A stretch of DNA of 63,921 bases, counting the filler, from Reticulomyxa filosa (taxonomy: Eukaryota > Protista > Foraminifera): the NCBI GenBank assembly GCA_000512085.1. It is 21 parts of 21 records of this genome, joined end to end, with 100 filler letters (N's around TTAATTAATTAA, not from the genome) between each part and the next. Parts side by side here need not be neighbours in the genome. Positions count along the whole stretch, not along the records: positions 12,586 to 14,188 come from ASPP01050663.1; positions 14,289 to 17,037 come from ASPP01008098.1; positions 17,138 to 24,730 come from ASPP01033571.1; positions 24,831 to 26,200 come from ASPP01021982.1; positions 26,301 to 32,645 come from ASPP01005960.1; 16 more parts are not named here. The stretch is one strand, 5' to 3'. The translations under genes were made by a program, and so were the position numbers. This document shows positions 12,586-26,448 of this stretch, piece by piece (position 1 is the first letter of the stretch; the number at the start of each line of letters is the position of its first letter). Below the pieces are notes generated by a model. It was not told the DNA's origin. It saw only the letters and a list, made by a program, of their open reading frames with translations, and made no database searches.

Positions 12586-14188
12586 ATTATGGATGGATTT
12601 GATGAAATATTTGATAAATATAATGAAAACGATAATAACAATGAAAAATATTTTTATAATCGTTTTAATTTAAGTCAATGGAATGCAAATGTAATTGTTA
12701 CTTGTCGAAGTAAAGTATTAAATGATAATGATATTAACACTACTTTAATTGGAACAAATAAAAATCGAAATATAAATTCAATGACGTATTTATGGCCATT
12801 TGCAAAACGACAAATGTCTGATTACATTGAAAAATTTGCAAATATGAAATCTAAAAATAACAAAAAGAAGGAAAATATGGATTGGACAGCAAAAAAATAT
12901 GAAGAAACACTAAACAATTATCCAAATCTACAAAAAATGATAGAAGAACCGTTTCTTCTTCAAATAATTTTAAGTGTATTGCCGTCATTAGTCCAAAAAT
13001 ATGGTATAGGAAGTAGAATTTCAAAAGCACAAGTGTATGAAGTATTCAATGATCAATGGATTGATATTCATAGTCAAAATATAATTACAAAATTATCAGA
13101 ATTACGCATTCAAATGAATATTAACAAAATTAAATCTACATTAAATCAATATTGTCTTGATTTAGGATTTGATATGTTTTATCAAGGAAGCCAAGTTGCA
13201 ATTGAATCAAATTTTCAATATCAAAATAATAATGATTCGGAACTTGAAAATGAAAATAAAGGCAATATTATGGAAGAAAAAACAGGAAAAAAAATAATGA
13301 ATGAAAATTCTAATGCTTTGGCTGAAAAAACACAAGATGTTTGGAAAAAGTATTTCAATGGTGATAGTGTTGCAAAATATATATTAAGAAGAGTTGGTGA
13401 TAATAAATATCAATTTTTACACAAATCATGTCAAGAATATTATGCAGCAGAAAAAATTATATTTGATATTCTTTCATGGAAATTCACTGTTGATAATCAA
13501 CAATTTGGACAACATTCTCGACAACTTCTTATTAATCTCAAATTATTAAATGAAGAAATGGGAATTATTCAATTTCTTGCAAATAGAATTTATGATGACA
13601 ATTCTACATTTGCTAATTTAAAATCAAAACTATTTCAACTCATTGAATCTTCAAAAACTAATCCAAAAATATCTATTGCAGCAGCAAATGCAATAACAAT
13701 ACTTAATATAGCAAGAGTTTCCATGAATAATAAAAATTGGGATAAGATAAATATACCACATGCCATTCTAGATTATGCCTTTCTTGAAGGAACAAGTTTT
13801 AAAGGAGCCACTTTAGATCACGTAAGCTTTTATAAAGCATGTCTCAGAAGTACAAATTTTACAAATGCATCAGTAAGTCAAGTTAACTTTGGTGAATATG
13901 GTTATCTCAAAGGTCATTCAAATGCTGTTACTTGTGTTCAATTTTCACCTGATGGGAACATAATTGTATCTGGCTCATATGATAAAACTATTCGGTTGTG
14001 GAATGCATCATCTGGTACACAAATTAAATCTTTAAAAGGTCATTCAGATATTATCAAATCTGTTCAATTTTCACCTGATGGAAACACAATTGTATCTGGT
14101 TCACATGATAAAACAATTCGATTGTGGAAAGTATCATCAGGAGAAGAAATTATATGTTTAGAAGGTCATTCAAGCGCTGTTACTTGTG
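12586..14188 (+). CDS. NACHT NTPase - pentapeptide repeat - WD40 protein (NWD/NLR-like), truncated at both ends
   Basis: Walker B MDGFDEI, sensor-1 VIVTCR, EPFLL, winged-helix YQFLHKSCQEYY, AAANAITIL, pentapeptides (AILDY AFLEG TSFKG ATLDH VSFYK ACLRS TNFTN), then 126-nt GH..W WD repeats at 13909, 14035 and 14161. Confidence 0.9.
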
Positions 14189-14325
14189 NNNNNNNNNNNN
14201 NNNNNNNNNNNNNNNNNNNNNNNNNNNNNNNNTTAATTAATTAANNNNNNNNNNNNNNNNNNNNNNNNNNNNNNNNNNNNNNNNNNNNGGGGGGGGGGAA
14301 CATTAATAATAATAATAATAAAAAC

Positions 14326-15500
14326 CATTGGGTCAGGAGTTTTTTTTGCACATGAGATTGACGATTTGCATGATCTCATTCAATCCGATTGACACTTGTT
14401 CGCTGTCGAATGACTTGTGGCCAATGCTTTCAATGATCAACTCCAATCGATCCCTAATCTCCAATAGTTCCATTTTCATCTACATATATATATATATATA
14501 AAATATAAAATAGAAAACAATTTATTTTTTTGACCCTGTCGGCTAGATTTCTTCTTCTTCTTCTTCTTCTTCTTAAAAAAAAAAAAAAAAAGAACTTCTC
14601 TTGGATGCTTATATTGCTGATCGGCTGTTCGTTCTCGTTTTTGAGAAGTTTTTGCTGACTATTCAAAATCAAACAATCAAATCCTCATTGGAAGATACAT
14701 ACCAAGAGATTGATTGCAATACATTGTATACGTATATGTACATATACACATATTTTCAAATGTATAAACTAAACTGGAATAAAAAATTCTCTCAATTCCT
14801 TGGACTGCAATGCGACAGGCAAGCGGATAAGTGCGTTGATGTACTGTTGCAGTTTGTTTTTTCTTGTGTTAACAAAATCGATGTTGAACCTTCTAATCAT
14901 TTGCTTGGGTGGGAATTCCGGGAGTTTGGAATTCAATACTTTCTTCAGACTTTCGTGCAGCTCTGCAAACTGACTGTATCGCTTCCACAGTTGCCATTTT
15001 AGAATGCCATCTTTGATCACTACATTGTATGCTACAAATGCCTGTCCCGATTTCGGCTGCACCTTGGATGCCCCCGTCGTTGTTATCTCCACTTTCATAT
15101 TCGCTGTGAGCACATGCTCTTGCAATTGTTGTTCCGTTCCTGACATCAATAATACTTGCTATTTTCATATACACATATGTGCATATGGCATATATATATT
15201 CAACGTGTAAACAATACTTAAAGTAAGCAGACAAAACAGTTGTTGAAATATACAAACTCGAAATTTCATTGTCACAGGTAACTCTGTTTCACGCAGTGTT
15301 TTAACAATCTGAGAAAAATCCCAATTCTCTACCACCGTCTCGTTCACTTGTACCACCCATGAACCCACACACAAGTGGTCGTCCAACTTTGCGTCAAAGA
15401 TCTGCTTCACTATTGCATTTTTATTGTTATCGTCACCAACTACTTTAAAACCATAAGGCTTTTTCGTAAATTCAATTTCATAGTCACTTAGAGATTGCAT
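14326..15500 (-). CDS. PDZ + PX domain protein (sorting-nexin-like, 3' truncated); exons 15500-15258, 15158-14775, ~14659-14596, ~14479-14326
   Basis: PDZ: FTKKPYGFKV..LCVGSWVVQVNE..LPVTMKFR. PX: VAYNVVI..KRYSQFAELHESL..LPEFPPK..FVNTRKNKLQQYI..LREFF. The two join in frame by splicing 15257-15159. Confidence 0.85.
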
Positions 15501-16997
15501 GTTTCTTGACCGACGGGAAATTGCAAAATATGAAAAAAAGACACTTTGTTCTGACTTGTTATTTCTTCTCTCACGCTCCCAATTTGCAATTATTTAAGTT
15601 GTTTGTTGCTATGTTGACGGCGCTCCACCATTTAAATAATAGATCGTTTTGAATATTTTTTGCTGTTTATTATTGTTAGCCAATCCAACCTGTTTCCAAT
15701 CAACAACATCTTTGATTCCTTTTACCAATATTGTGCTATGTTGAAGTATAATGTGAGACGAACATACAAAGAGACTACAAAAAGAATTCGCTGCAATAAA
15801 CTTTAATTGAAAAATCATTATTGTGTGTCCTATTACAAAAAAGACCAACTGATTTAAGCAAATGATAGCAAAAAAAGAAAACACAAAAATTGCTCAATCT
15901 GAAACTATTTACAAAAATCTTAAAGAGCTCGATGATCATATGATTGTATAACGTATTTTTTCTTAAAAGAATGAGATATCAATGATCTAGATGAATAATT
16001 AAATCTTCAAAGTTTTGTTTACAAGTGACAACTTCAAAGATATAGTTTTTCGTTACAAACATGATATAATGCTTTTTTTGTTATTCTAATTGAGTTCTTT
16101 TCGTTCAAATGCAGTTTAAGCTTTCGATCTAAGTTTGAACATGAGTGATGAATGAAGTTGTCTAATTTTTTTTATTGTAAAAATATTAACATGAAAGTCT
16201 GCGTTTTGTGTTTACATTGATATTGGTGCATACAACATTAAATTTGTCACATTAATGTGTTGTTCAAATACTTAAAAATCTGTATCAATTAGATCATTGT
16301 TGACGAAACAAAAAAAGTGAATAGGTACATGCCACCATGGCAACAATTAGTTCGGACAGTGATTCTTTTTGTTTAAATTTTTAGAAAAAGAATTGTATCA
16401 ATGCAATATACTTCACTTGCGTTAAAACTTGACGAAGCAAAGAAGGGTGTGTTTTCCCTCTGTTGGTTATTCAAAATTCAATCAAATGTTGCATCCATTG
16501 TCAGATTCTTCAACATCATCTCCAAAATTGGAGGATATTTGGCCTGAACATGTCAATAAATTTGCAGAATTGAAGAAATCACTTCAACGTTGCACTGATG
16601 CTGTTCCTTGTGTCAACCAGAGTTTTGTGCACTCTGCGTTGCTTACGTGTTGAAAAAAAAAGTGTAAGCAAGAAAAAAACACACAAAATAGGCGAAAGAG
16701 AAGCCACAATCAAGAGAGCACAATCAAAGATGAAAGAAATGGAACGAGCAGTTACAATTTATTGAATTTCATTTTGAAAAAAGTTGTACGTAACTATTAG
16801 CAAGCACATGTGAGTGTATGCAATAGATAGAACAAATGGAACAAGATGTACGATCATTGCCATTTCGACAACCATCAAATCGATCACAATATATAAACGA
16901 AATCCAAATGTACACAGAAGAAATGAGACAAATGAAATCCAATCTTACAACCACAGTAAGCAAGGCCCGTTTTTCGAATATGACAGTTGAGTTGAAC

Positions 16998-17037
<40 letters not shown>

Positions 17038-20000
17038 NNNNNNNNNNNNNNNNNNNNNNNNNNNNNNNNNNNNNNNNNNNNTTAATTAATTAANNNNNNN
17101 NNNNNNNNNNNNNNNNNNNNNNNNNNNNNNNNNNNNNAAATAATTTTTCGATTATTATGTATAACAAAGAACTTGTTTAGTGAAAAAAAATCATCAATGT
17201 TACATATTTGAACAATTTCAACCACTCTTGTGCATGGAGTTTCGTCTACAATACATGAATTAAAACATTACCTTTCTAAACTTTGAAAATAGGTAATGAA
17301 ACAAATGATGATAAATAAAAAAAAAAAAAATCTGTAACTAGACCCTTTTGAAGGAACTCTTCAATTCGTCATAATTTTGTTTCAATTAAAAAATATTTAT
17401 TTTGAAATTATGCCTTATTGAGTTAAAATCACCTTCACACATTCGTTCGATTGGAACACAATTCTATCATATCTTTGGTTGTTCATGATTTATATATTGG
17501 AGTTTCAATTACTTTATGAATAGCACATTTTCTAGCTATTTGTTTAATTTCATTTTGTTTTAGTGCCTGAAGTGCAACTGCATAATGGATAATACTTGAG
17601 TTTAATTTTCAAAAGAATATATTGATGAACCTTTAAATAAGTTGTTCATTTATTATTAAGAAATTAAAAATACAATTTTCCTAATGTCAAGAGATTTGTG
17701 GATTCGATGTTACTTTTTGCACCATTATTATGTTCCAGATTCTTTTTTATTTCATTTTGAAATCAGTCCTTTTGTTTCATTAACTACTAATCTCAATAAA
17801 AAGTGTGTTTTTGAATATGAAGCAACACTCACTTTTTAATTAATATCTAATGATTTATCAAATGAAAAAAGAAATTGAATCCAAATGGATTGATAGATTA
17901 ACAGCTAAATTAAAAGTAAATGAAAAAATATGTACAAAATTGCATTTGTGAAGTTTTACAATTAGATGAATAGATAAAGTTTTGTTATTAATAGTTAAAA
18001 AGATATCTTCAATATTAAATCAAGATTGTAACGAAAGGAAACAAATAGTAATGCTTTCAATACAGTGTGCATCCTTAATCAGTAATAGAGGACATGCGCT
18101 ACAATGATTGGATTGTTTATTGATTCAATTACCTTTGAAAAGAAGATATTAAAATTGTTTTGTTTTCTTTCTAATTTACAAACAGTTTTTTAAAAATATT
18201 TGTTTGTTATGTGATTTCAAATTGATTAGTGGTAACAATTGCTGTCTTTTTTTTTGTAAGCAAATTTAGTTAATTTATAAAATATAAGCATTGAAAATGA
18301 TAAAATCACAAATGAAGGAGATAAATGAAAATATTAAAACAATACATTCAACTTCCACATTACCTAATAAACAAGCTAATTCTATCAAATAAAAAAGGAA
18401 ATAAACGAAAAAAAGAAACAAATAACTCGTCGAAAACTAAGAGACTTTGAAACATTGACTCGAATATTTAAAGTTTCTGCACGTGCTAACACAGAAACTA
18501 AGTCTCAAACATAAATTAACATTTCCTCCAATCAAGCGTAAATATAGTCTAAATGATGCACAAAGAGGGTCCGAGTTGCATATCGAGTTATTTCGACGAA
18601 AGAGGACTGATTGTTTAGGACGCCATTGATCGATTGCTTCCAAAAGCAAAAGCATGCCAGTAGACACATGGCCAGCAAGTATAAAAAATCAACATATTGT
18701 TCAAAAATGAACTTGAAAGTATGTTGACAAGCACACAAATTCAAAGAGAGTGTTATTGGAATTTGTGTGAGACATTTCTCTTTGGCTGCATGCTTGCTGC
18801 TCAATGTGTGAGGGAAATTTGATATGAATTGTGACTTGTAGCCACGCGGGTGTAATCAAATTGAGAAACAGTTCCGACTGTGAATTGGAAAATCAAAACT
18901 CTTGTTCAAATCGACTATCATTTTCCAATCTGAATCAGTTCATCTTCATGTCTAAATGTTATTACTAAACTTTCTACAAAAAAAAACTTAGACTAGAGTT
19001 GAAAATATATCTTCTTTTTTTTAATTCAATTTCAACAATTTTATCAATTTCTCCAGTTTTTGTTTTTTTTTAAATTTTGAAAAATGAATAAGTAAACTTA
19101 CACCAATAGATAAATAATTCTCTTCAGGTGTTGAAATACTATTCAACTTATTACAGAGAAAGAAAAAAAGCTAAGTGTTTTAAGTTCTTTTTTCAAGTAA
19201 ATCCTTTGTTAAACAAAATAAATTTTAATCAATTAATTTATTACAAAAAAATTCAAAAATACAGAATTCTTAATATCAAGAACACTTGATCATTAAGACT
19301 ATTATACATTTAACATAAAATATACAAAAGTTCGCTAGTGCCCATCAAAAAGGGCCAAGACTATGAGGACCAACACACCAAAAAAAAAAGTGTATCTATC
19401 ATCATATTTTTTAATTATCGCTTTTGTAGGCATTGCGTGCACCAATTAAGAATAATCGAGAATGCAGTATTAGCCATTACTTTTGCACTATTGTCCAACA
19501 GGCAAATCATCGTATGGCGACAGTTTCGTCGCTACATGTGTCGCCTAATAAGGTTTACAAATACAACAACCACACTGGAATGACTTTTAAATTATTTTAT
19601 TCAATCCTCTTGTTTATATTTTATTCAATAGTAAACTTTGATTGCAAAAAATGATTACAAAAGGGATATCGTTGTCCTCTTTTCATTGATAGTCACAAAC
19701 TATTTGCCTGTGGACTTAGTGCTACTTTCTGCACAGTATTATGTCTCGACCTTCTTTTATGTTTCATTTGAAATCTAATTTTTTTTTTTTGTGTTATTTA
19801 TTTCAATGAAAAAAAGTTGGGTAATATTCAACTTAACTTTAGAAGGTCTTGTACTGTGTTTTCGTTGTAGCAGCGTCGTAAGAAAGCTTAAAAAACTTAG
19901 AAAGTCATAGATATCAAGGAACAATAATGAGGTACTAGTTTTCATTTGAAAGGTCTTGTTCAAATGTTACTAAATTTAGATTTTCAAAAAAAACTTTTTT

Positions 20001-20599
20001 TTCGCCTAGAGCTTTTTTTTTCCTGTTTGAAATGAAAAATATTGCAAAGTTATCATCAAATATTTGAATTAAAAAATTTTATTTTGATGAAATAAGTTAG
20101 TTAAAATTGAAATTACATATTTCTTTTTTAATGAAAGGGTGCAATTGCGTAATCGTAAAAACCCTTTCTTTCTTTTTTTGGTCAAGTAGGAGTCTGTGCT
20201 GGCGTTGCAGGATGATCACGCCTTACCAATATCCCCCCACAAATGATGCCCACATTAATTTAAAAATCAGCCATCAACACCCAACAAATCATCTCACAAC
20301 AGCTAAGTCCAACGGGTGCCAATGCAATACAAACAACAATTACATCGATCATCAAATTAAACATCGCACCGATCATCAACACACTACCATCACACAAATT
20401 TGGAATATAAGGGCAGCAGATACGCGCCCAATCACGAGATTTGAAAAAAAACAAAAGAGTCACTAGATTGTGACATTGCTCCAGTAAGTTCATTATATCT
20501 TTTTTTAATTTTTTTAAAAAAGATGGAGTCACGTAAAAAAAATTTTGACAACACAAAATGGCACTATGTTTTAATTTTATAATTTTCTTTTAAAAACAA

Positions 20600-23500
20600 T
20601 AGACAACACGCCGAAACTCTCAGAGTGAATGCTTCGCTCAAGTCAAGGCCGCGATGGCGACATATTTGGCAAGACTATGCAAGCACAAACAATGGGATGA
20701 CTGGCAATGTTGATGTGGAAGGCAAGCTGATATTGTCAAATGCAATGATATTATGGTTGCTCAAATAAACTGGACGTGATGTTATAATGGCATTACACAA
20801 GCCAGTGCAACAAAAAGAGTGGCATCCAAAGGGCATTATGTGGGCACTAGATGCATTGAAAAATGGAAGGTGTTAGTGTGTATACTGTTGGTCGGTGGCC
20901 ATCAAATGTCTTCGGCCCTTATCCCAAATTGCGTCAATGATAGACGCGTTGCTCAATGGTTGAGCGTGACGAACTATGTCGCAAAAAAAGGCCTGTACAT
21001 GGCATGGCAAAAAGGGCAGTCTTGTCACAACGACGGCTCATTGTGCAACAAAAAAAGGGGTCAGTCGATCACGAGCAAGACTACAAGCCAATTGGTAGAT
21101 CAAACATTTTTAAACATACGTATATATGTACATACTTTTTGTTTTGAAATAAATGCAAAAAAAACAATGTATGATTTTTTTTGAATGTATAAAAAATAAC
21201 ATAGTCAATGACGAGACAACACCACAACGACGACTAGCAAAAACGGAATAGGATCCAACTCCGTCTCCGAAAGGAGCAAAAGAGGTTTGTTAATCTTTTT
21301 TTTAATAAAAATATATCGATCTGCTGTGTGTTTGTGTATAGGAATCCACCGTCCACCAAAAAATGTTAACTGTTTGCCTCATTCATTCACATACAAAAAA
21401 AAATACTGGGGTTGAAGACCACTCTGCATATGATAAAAAAAAATAGCGGTATGCTGTGTTTATATATTTATATTTTTCTTTTATTAAAATAATGTGATTG
21501 TGTATTTGTGTAATAAATAGGAATTCCCCCGCACAAAGAAAAAATTATATTTGTATTTTCTTTGTCCCATCCCTTTACACATAAACAAAAAAAAAAGTTT
21601 GAGTGTTAACAGGAGAAAAATTTGAAATGTGAGCTTGAACTCCACATCACAGTTATGTTTTTCTTTGCTGAACTTAAAAAATTAAAAAATAATTTGTGTG
21701 TGTTTGTACAGATGAACACGATCCAAAGATTTTGAAGAAGAAATTGGAGAATGAGGGTGGTGAAAAAAAAATGGTGAATATTGATAAAAAATAAGATTTG
21801 GGAAAAAAAATATGAATAAAAAAGAGTGAGGAAAAAAAAAGTAAGAATAAAAAAGGGGAAAAAATATAAAGAAATAAGAAAAATTTTATTATGATTATAA
21901 AAAGAAAAAAGTAGTTGAAATAAAAAGAAAATATAGAAAAAAGATTGTAAAAAAAAGAAAAAAAAAAAAAAAAAAAAAAAAAAAAGAAAAAAAATGAAAC
22001 TTTTTTAAGTATTGGAGCCATAACTCCAAAAATGTTAGATCCAGTGGATGGAAGGCGATGGCATCAGACTCAACAATAAGTTCAGAATCAAAAATAATAA
22101 TTTCACATCCTACGTTTTCTAACTTTCTATGATATATGTATTTCTTTTTTATGGCAATAAAATAAAAATTTTTTTTACATATAGGAGGCAAATCAAATAT
22201 GTATATGTGAATGCGATTTAAGAAATTGAAATGGGCAGTTCGAATTTCCCGGAGACTACCACAAATTCGTTTTGCAGTTATTGTAATTCAAACAATTTAA
22301 AAAAATAAATAAAAAATAAAATAAAAAGTTGTAATTAACATACGTTGTTTTGTGATATACAGACTTGTCAAACTGACCGATACAGTTAGAGTTTTCGGAT
22401 AGTGGGTATTACTTAGTGGAATCATATCCAGATAGAAACCTTCACACTGCGCCAAAATCATTTGCTGGGAGGAATGAGCGCTATGGATCTGCATTGCAAT
22501 TCAGTGAGGCAAAGAAGTGTTTGTTGTGGGCTGTGTTTTGATAGCACATGTACAGTGCGTCAGTCGCGCTGCGCTTCAGCACGTCACTCAGGTTGCCATC
22601 ATATGCGATCACATACAGGACTTTTTCAAATGGATCTACTCAACTACCAAACCAATATTCGTGCTATCCTCCAACCTCGGCCAAAAATACGTAGAAAATC
22701 TGTCACATATTATAACACTAGTTATTCATTTGATGCGCTTTATCGTATCGTCATATACAATAATGCACAGACATATACGTCCAAGCGATAGAAGGCAGAA
22801 AAATTTTGGCTTTTGGTTTGCAGTTATTACTGCTATTGCGCTAGCTCGATCAGTCAAATGTACGAGAGTTAGTTGACATGAAATTATCGAAAGTTGTTCC
22901 TGTATCCGCAGCGACAGTACATTCTATGCTAGCGCCCTTCGTATCCTCCTCGACACGAGTCCAATGCAAAATCAAACGGTAACTCTATCGGTATTCTCAA
23001 CAACACATCATACAATGTCTTTCCACGCCTTCATGCTATAGTTGTGAAGACGGTGCGTGTTGCGAGCTGCCAATGTGCAGTGGCAATTATGGCTGTTGAA
23101 AAATCGTTTTGGAGTATGCCAGTCCGTCGTGTTTTTCCAATTACACGGATTAATTAAATTGACAATGAAGAACAAGAATGGGCCTGTTGCGCAAACGTTG
23201 TTAAATACTGAACATAATGGTATATCAACAAAGATCCCCGGTTGCAAAGCAAATGGAGCACCATCAAACTGGTACGACAAGTGACAACAATAAATTGAAA
23301 CGAATAGTATCTAGATATAATCGCAAAATCAATGTAACAGTAATTATAGTGTGCATATCCGTTAACAGTCGCAAGTGCCGCAAAATTATTGACTATGAGC
23401 CACGACGACAGATAGTGACAAGTTTTCAAGCATGAAAAATGAGAAAGATATTTATTGTCAATGGATACGCGTGATAGCCTTTTATGCAGCAAGAATTGGT

Positions 23501-24730
23501 ACATTACGTTTTGCAGTGCAAATTGTGGCAGTTTCGAACGTGGGTTATTCTTTGTTGATATTTACATCAAATGTAACAAAGTGAGTAAATTCAACATGTG
23601 ATATAACAAAGAATGTGATAACATAGTGTTGATATGTGGAAAGGTTATTGGTATGATCACTATCGAATGGAGGATGCGAATATATTTAGCTAATTATTTG
23701 GTTACAAATACATAACGATGCAATGGGTGGATACCAACAGTCAAGCGAATGTCTTGTGGCGAGTGGGTTTGAATATCACATTACAAAAAATTTTGGATCG
23801 CTGTCATTCTTCCGCGTGTCGAAAAATTTAATCTTTTATTTCAATTCGGAGTCGCGCTGTGGTTCACCTTTTTGTAAAATATTGGTATTGATTTGACTCG
23901 AGTTATTGAAGACGTTCCAAATGGGTTATCGAAAAGAATTGCGCAATGCAAGGAATTTACTATTTGTAATGCAGTCCACAATGCACCATTTTCACTTCAT
24001 GCGTTTAATTCAATTACTGCTCCATTGCCGATCCACTTTTTTATCAACGCCAACTATTGTGTATAAATGCATCGAAAGTATATGGATATTTGCTGGTTAT
24101 ACTTCCGGAGTCACTCCCAATTTGATGACTAATTATACGACAACACGCAAAGATTTTGCATTGTCTATTCTGTGGATAGTCGTTGTAATATCTGGAAGAC
24201 AATCAATCTCATTTGAAACAAATAATCCTCCAGACAAAGACACAAAGTCAAGTTCCATATGGTCCAATATCGCTTTCGAATGGAGAGGCGCTAAACAAAA
24301 TCTTTATCTGTGTACAAATATAACTGGGACAACGGTAATGGCAGTCGATGGCTGCTATTTTCATGTAGGACCTATGCAATGCGCACTACGGCAACATCAT
24401 ATATGGACTAGGTTATCGTATCAGCATATGTAACAAGTATTTCATTGAATATTGCATCTTTGGTTGTTGTGCAAGCATTGAATATGTTATTTTCAATAAC
24501 AGTTGGTATTGGATGCTGTTCGCAGACACTTGGGTACCTTCGGCAATGGCGCTGCTCAAATTTCTTGCCATCCAAATTTGTGTTGTCACAGGGAGAAAGC
24601 CATCATCACACCAACAATCATAAATGTAATCGTGTTATGAGCCACCACCATCGAAAATAAAGAAGGCGATGTGAATCAGTATCAATTAACCGAATACATT
24701 TACAACAGTGTGATTGTCCAACTGGTAAAT
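20600..24730 (+). pseudogene. Long decayed multi-exon gene of unknown large-protein family
   Basis: About 4 kb of GC-richer, codon-like sequence with intron-like A/T blocks; many stops and frameshifts, no ORF longer than 175 aa. Confidence 0.5.
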
Positions 24731-24830
24731 NNNNNNNNNNNNNNNNNNNNNNNNNNNNNNNNNNNNNNNNNNNNTTAATTAATTAANNNNNNNNNNNNNN
24801 NNNNNNNNNNNNNNNNNNNNNNNNNNNNNN

Positions 24831-24895
24831 TTCATATTTAAAAACTACAAGATTTGTAGATATTTTTTTTAAGTAAAAAAAAAATTAGGTCTCAG
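24831..24895 (+). repeat. Short dispersed repeat (AAAACTACAAGAYTTGTAGATATTTTTT..AAAAAATTAGGTCT); copies at 37435-37500 (+), 57600-57667 (-), partial at 38570 and 41615-41656
   Basis: Near-identical sequence in separate contigs; two copies sit at contig starts. Confidence 0.75.
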
Positions 24896-26031
24896 ACAAT
24901 TCATCATGGAGTGCAAAAGATTGAAGAAAAAGCTTATTCAAGTGCATGGCACAAAAGAAAAAACTCCTATTGTGGCTGTTGGTCCAGGTCATAACCATAA
25001 CTATGGAAAGAAAAATCATATTCTATTTTTAATTTGCAAAAAAAAAATTAAATGACACATACACCTAACATCATAAATCAAGACTATTAACATATAAAAT
25101 TTTTTCGCCAATAATAAAAAAAAGCAATTTTAGGACATAGTAAAATGAAACAAAAAAAGCACGTTGCACTTTTTGGATTACATTTTTGATTAATAGAATA
25201 TACATATGTTCTGTAATTGGCAACTCCTTGATAAATATATATTGTATTGAAAACGATGCTTTTGTATTTCTTCACTGCCATGCAAAATATCTTTTTTGTT
25301 ATTTTTTCAAAAGGATCACTTCAATGATTTTAATTGTTTACCAAAAGAATGGCCCTTTTACTGTATCAGACACTTTTCAAATCTCAAATTGGTGGGATTT
25401 TTCGACGCCAACAATAAGTAGTCTTTTTTTAAAAATAAAAATTGACTCCAATGTTTATTACAGCTATCCCTTAACAATCGAATAAAAAATTTTGTGCACT
25501 TTTATTTGTTTTTTTAATCATAAAAAAATATCATGTGCCAAGTTCTTAGGTTGGGACATTCAAATTCAAGACATTTTTCTTTTTTTTCCTCATCAATAAA
25601 AACTTCTTCTTTTTATTAATGTAATGGTTTCGCCAGTCAAAGTCTTCACGAAACTATTTTTAAAAAACAAACTATATTTCAATTTTATTAAAAAATAAAA
25701 ATATTAAAAAAAACTTACATTTGCATCGACACCTTTTACTTTTCTTTTTTCTTTGAGTTAAGATGATCGAAAAAGCACAACAGATTTTTTTTTAAGAGAA
25801 TTTTTAACACTATTTTTGATGAAATATTTCAGTTTGCATTTTCATTTTAACCATGAGCATTATATTGAAGATAATTTATGTTCTTAATGTAATTATAATT
25901 TGTTTTTTCTTAATGAAAAAAACACAGATATTCTATTTTTGGAGTCCCTTCATTGAACTTGAAAAAAAAAGTTAAACGTTTTTCATTTTACATTGAAAAT
26001 AATTCAAGCAAAAAAAAAAAGGAATTTCAAA

Positions 26032-26200
26032 ATGACAACTCTTATCAATGATCAACAAACTTTAACTCAACTAGTAGTGGTAAGTTTTATTAAAAAAATT
26101 TTATTATATTTATTATGTGTGGCTTGTGATTGGATTAGCCAGAGGAAAACGAGATTCAAATTATTATCCAGCATTGGATTCGAATATTACACATTAAATT
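26032..26200 (+). CDS. N-terminus of a propeller-family gene with the IQIIIQHWIRIL module (partial)
   Basis: MTTLINDQQTL.., an intron-like T-rich stretch, then EENEIQIIIQHWIRILHIK; matches modules at ~60050-60140 and ~35871-35975. Confidence 0.55.
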
Positions 26201-26448
26201 NNNNNNNNNNNNNNNNNNNNNNNNNNNNNNNNNNNNNNNNNNNNTTAATTAATTAANNNNNNNNNNNNNNNNNNNNNNNNNNNNNNNNNNNNNNNNNNNN
26301 TTGATTTCCAATTGATATATATGTATATATATATATATTCATATATATTCATATATATGAATATATATTCATATTTATTCATATTTATTTATTTGTTTAT
26401 AGCAAATAATAAGTCTTTGTTTGTTTGCTAATCTCAATCACTGGAAAG

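Noticed and set aside
11390-14188. RING/TRAF and NACHT-WD40 as one gene or cluster
   Set aside because: They are separated by a contig spacer, so order and linkage are unknown.
21674-22191. Phe- or Lys-rich ORFs (also 278-593)
   Set aside because: They are translations of A/T homopolymer tracts.
24345-24400. RNF213 RZ-finger-like motif (GCYFHVGPMQC)
   Set aside because: Key Cys/His ligands are missing and motif order does not fit; insufficient without a profile search.
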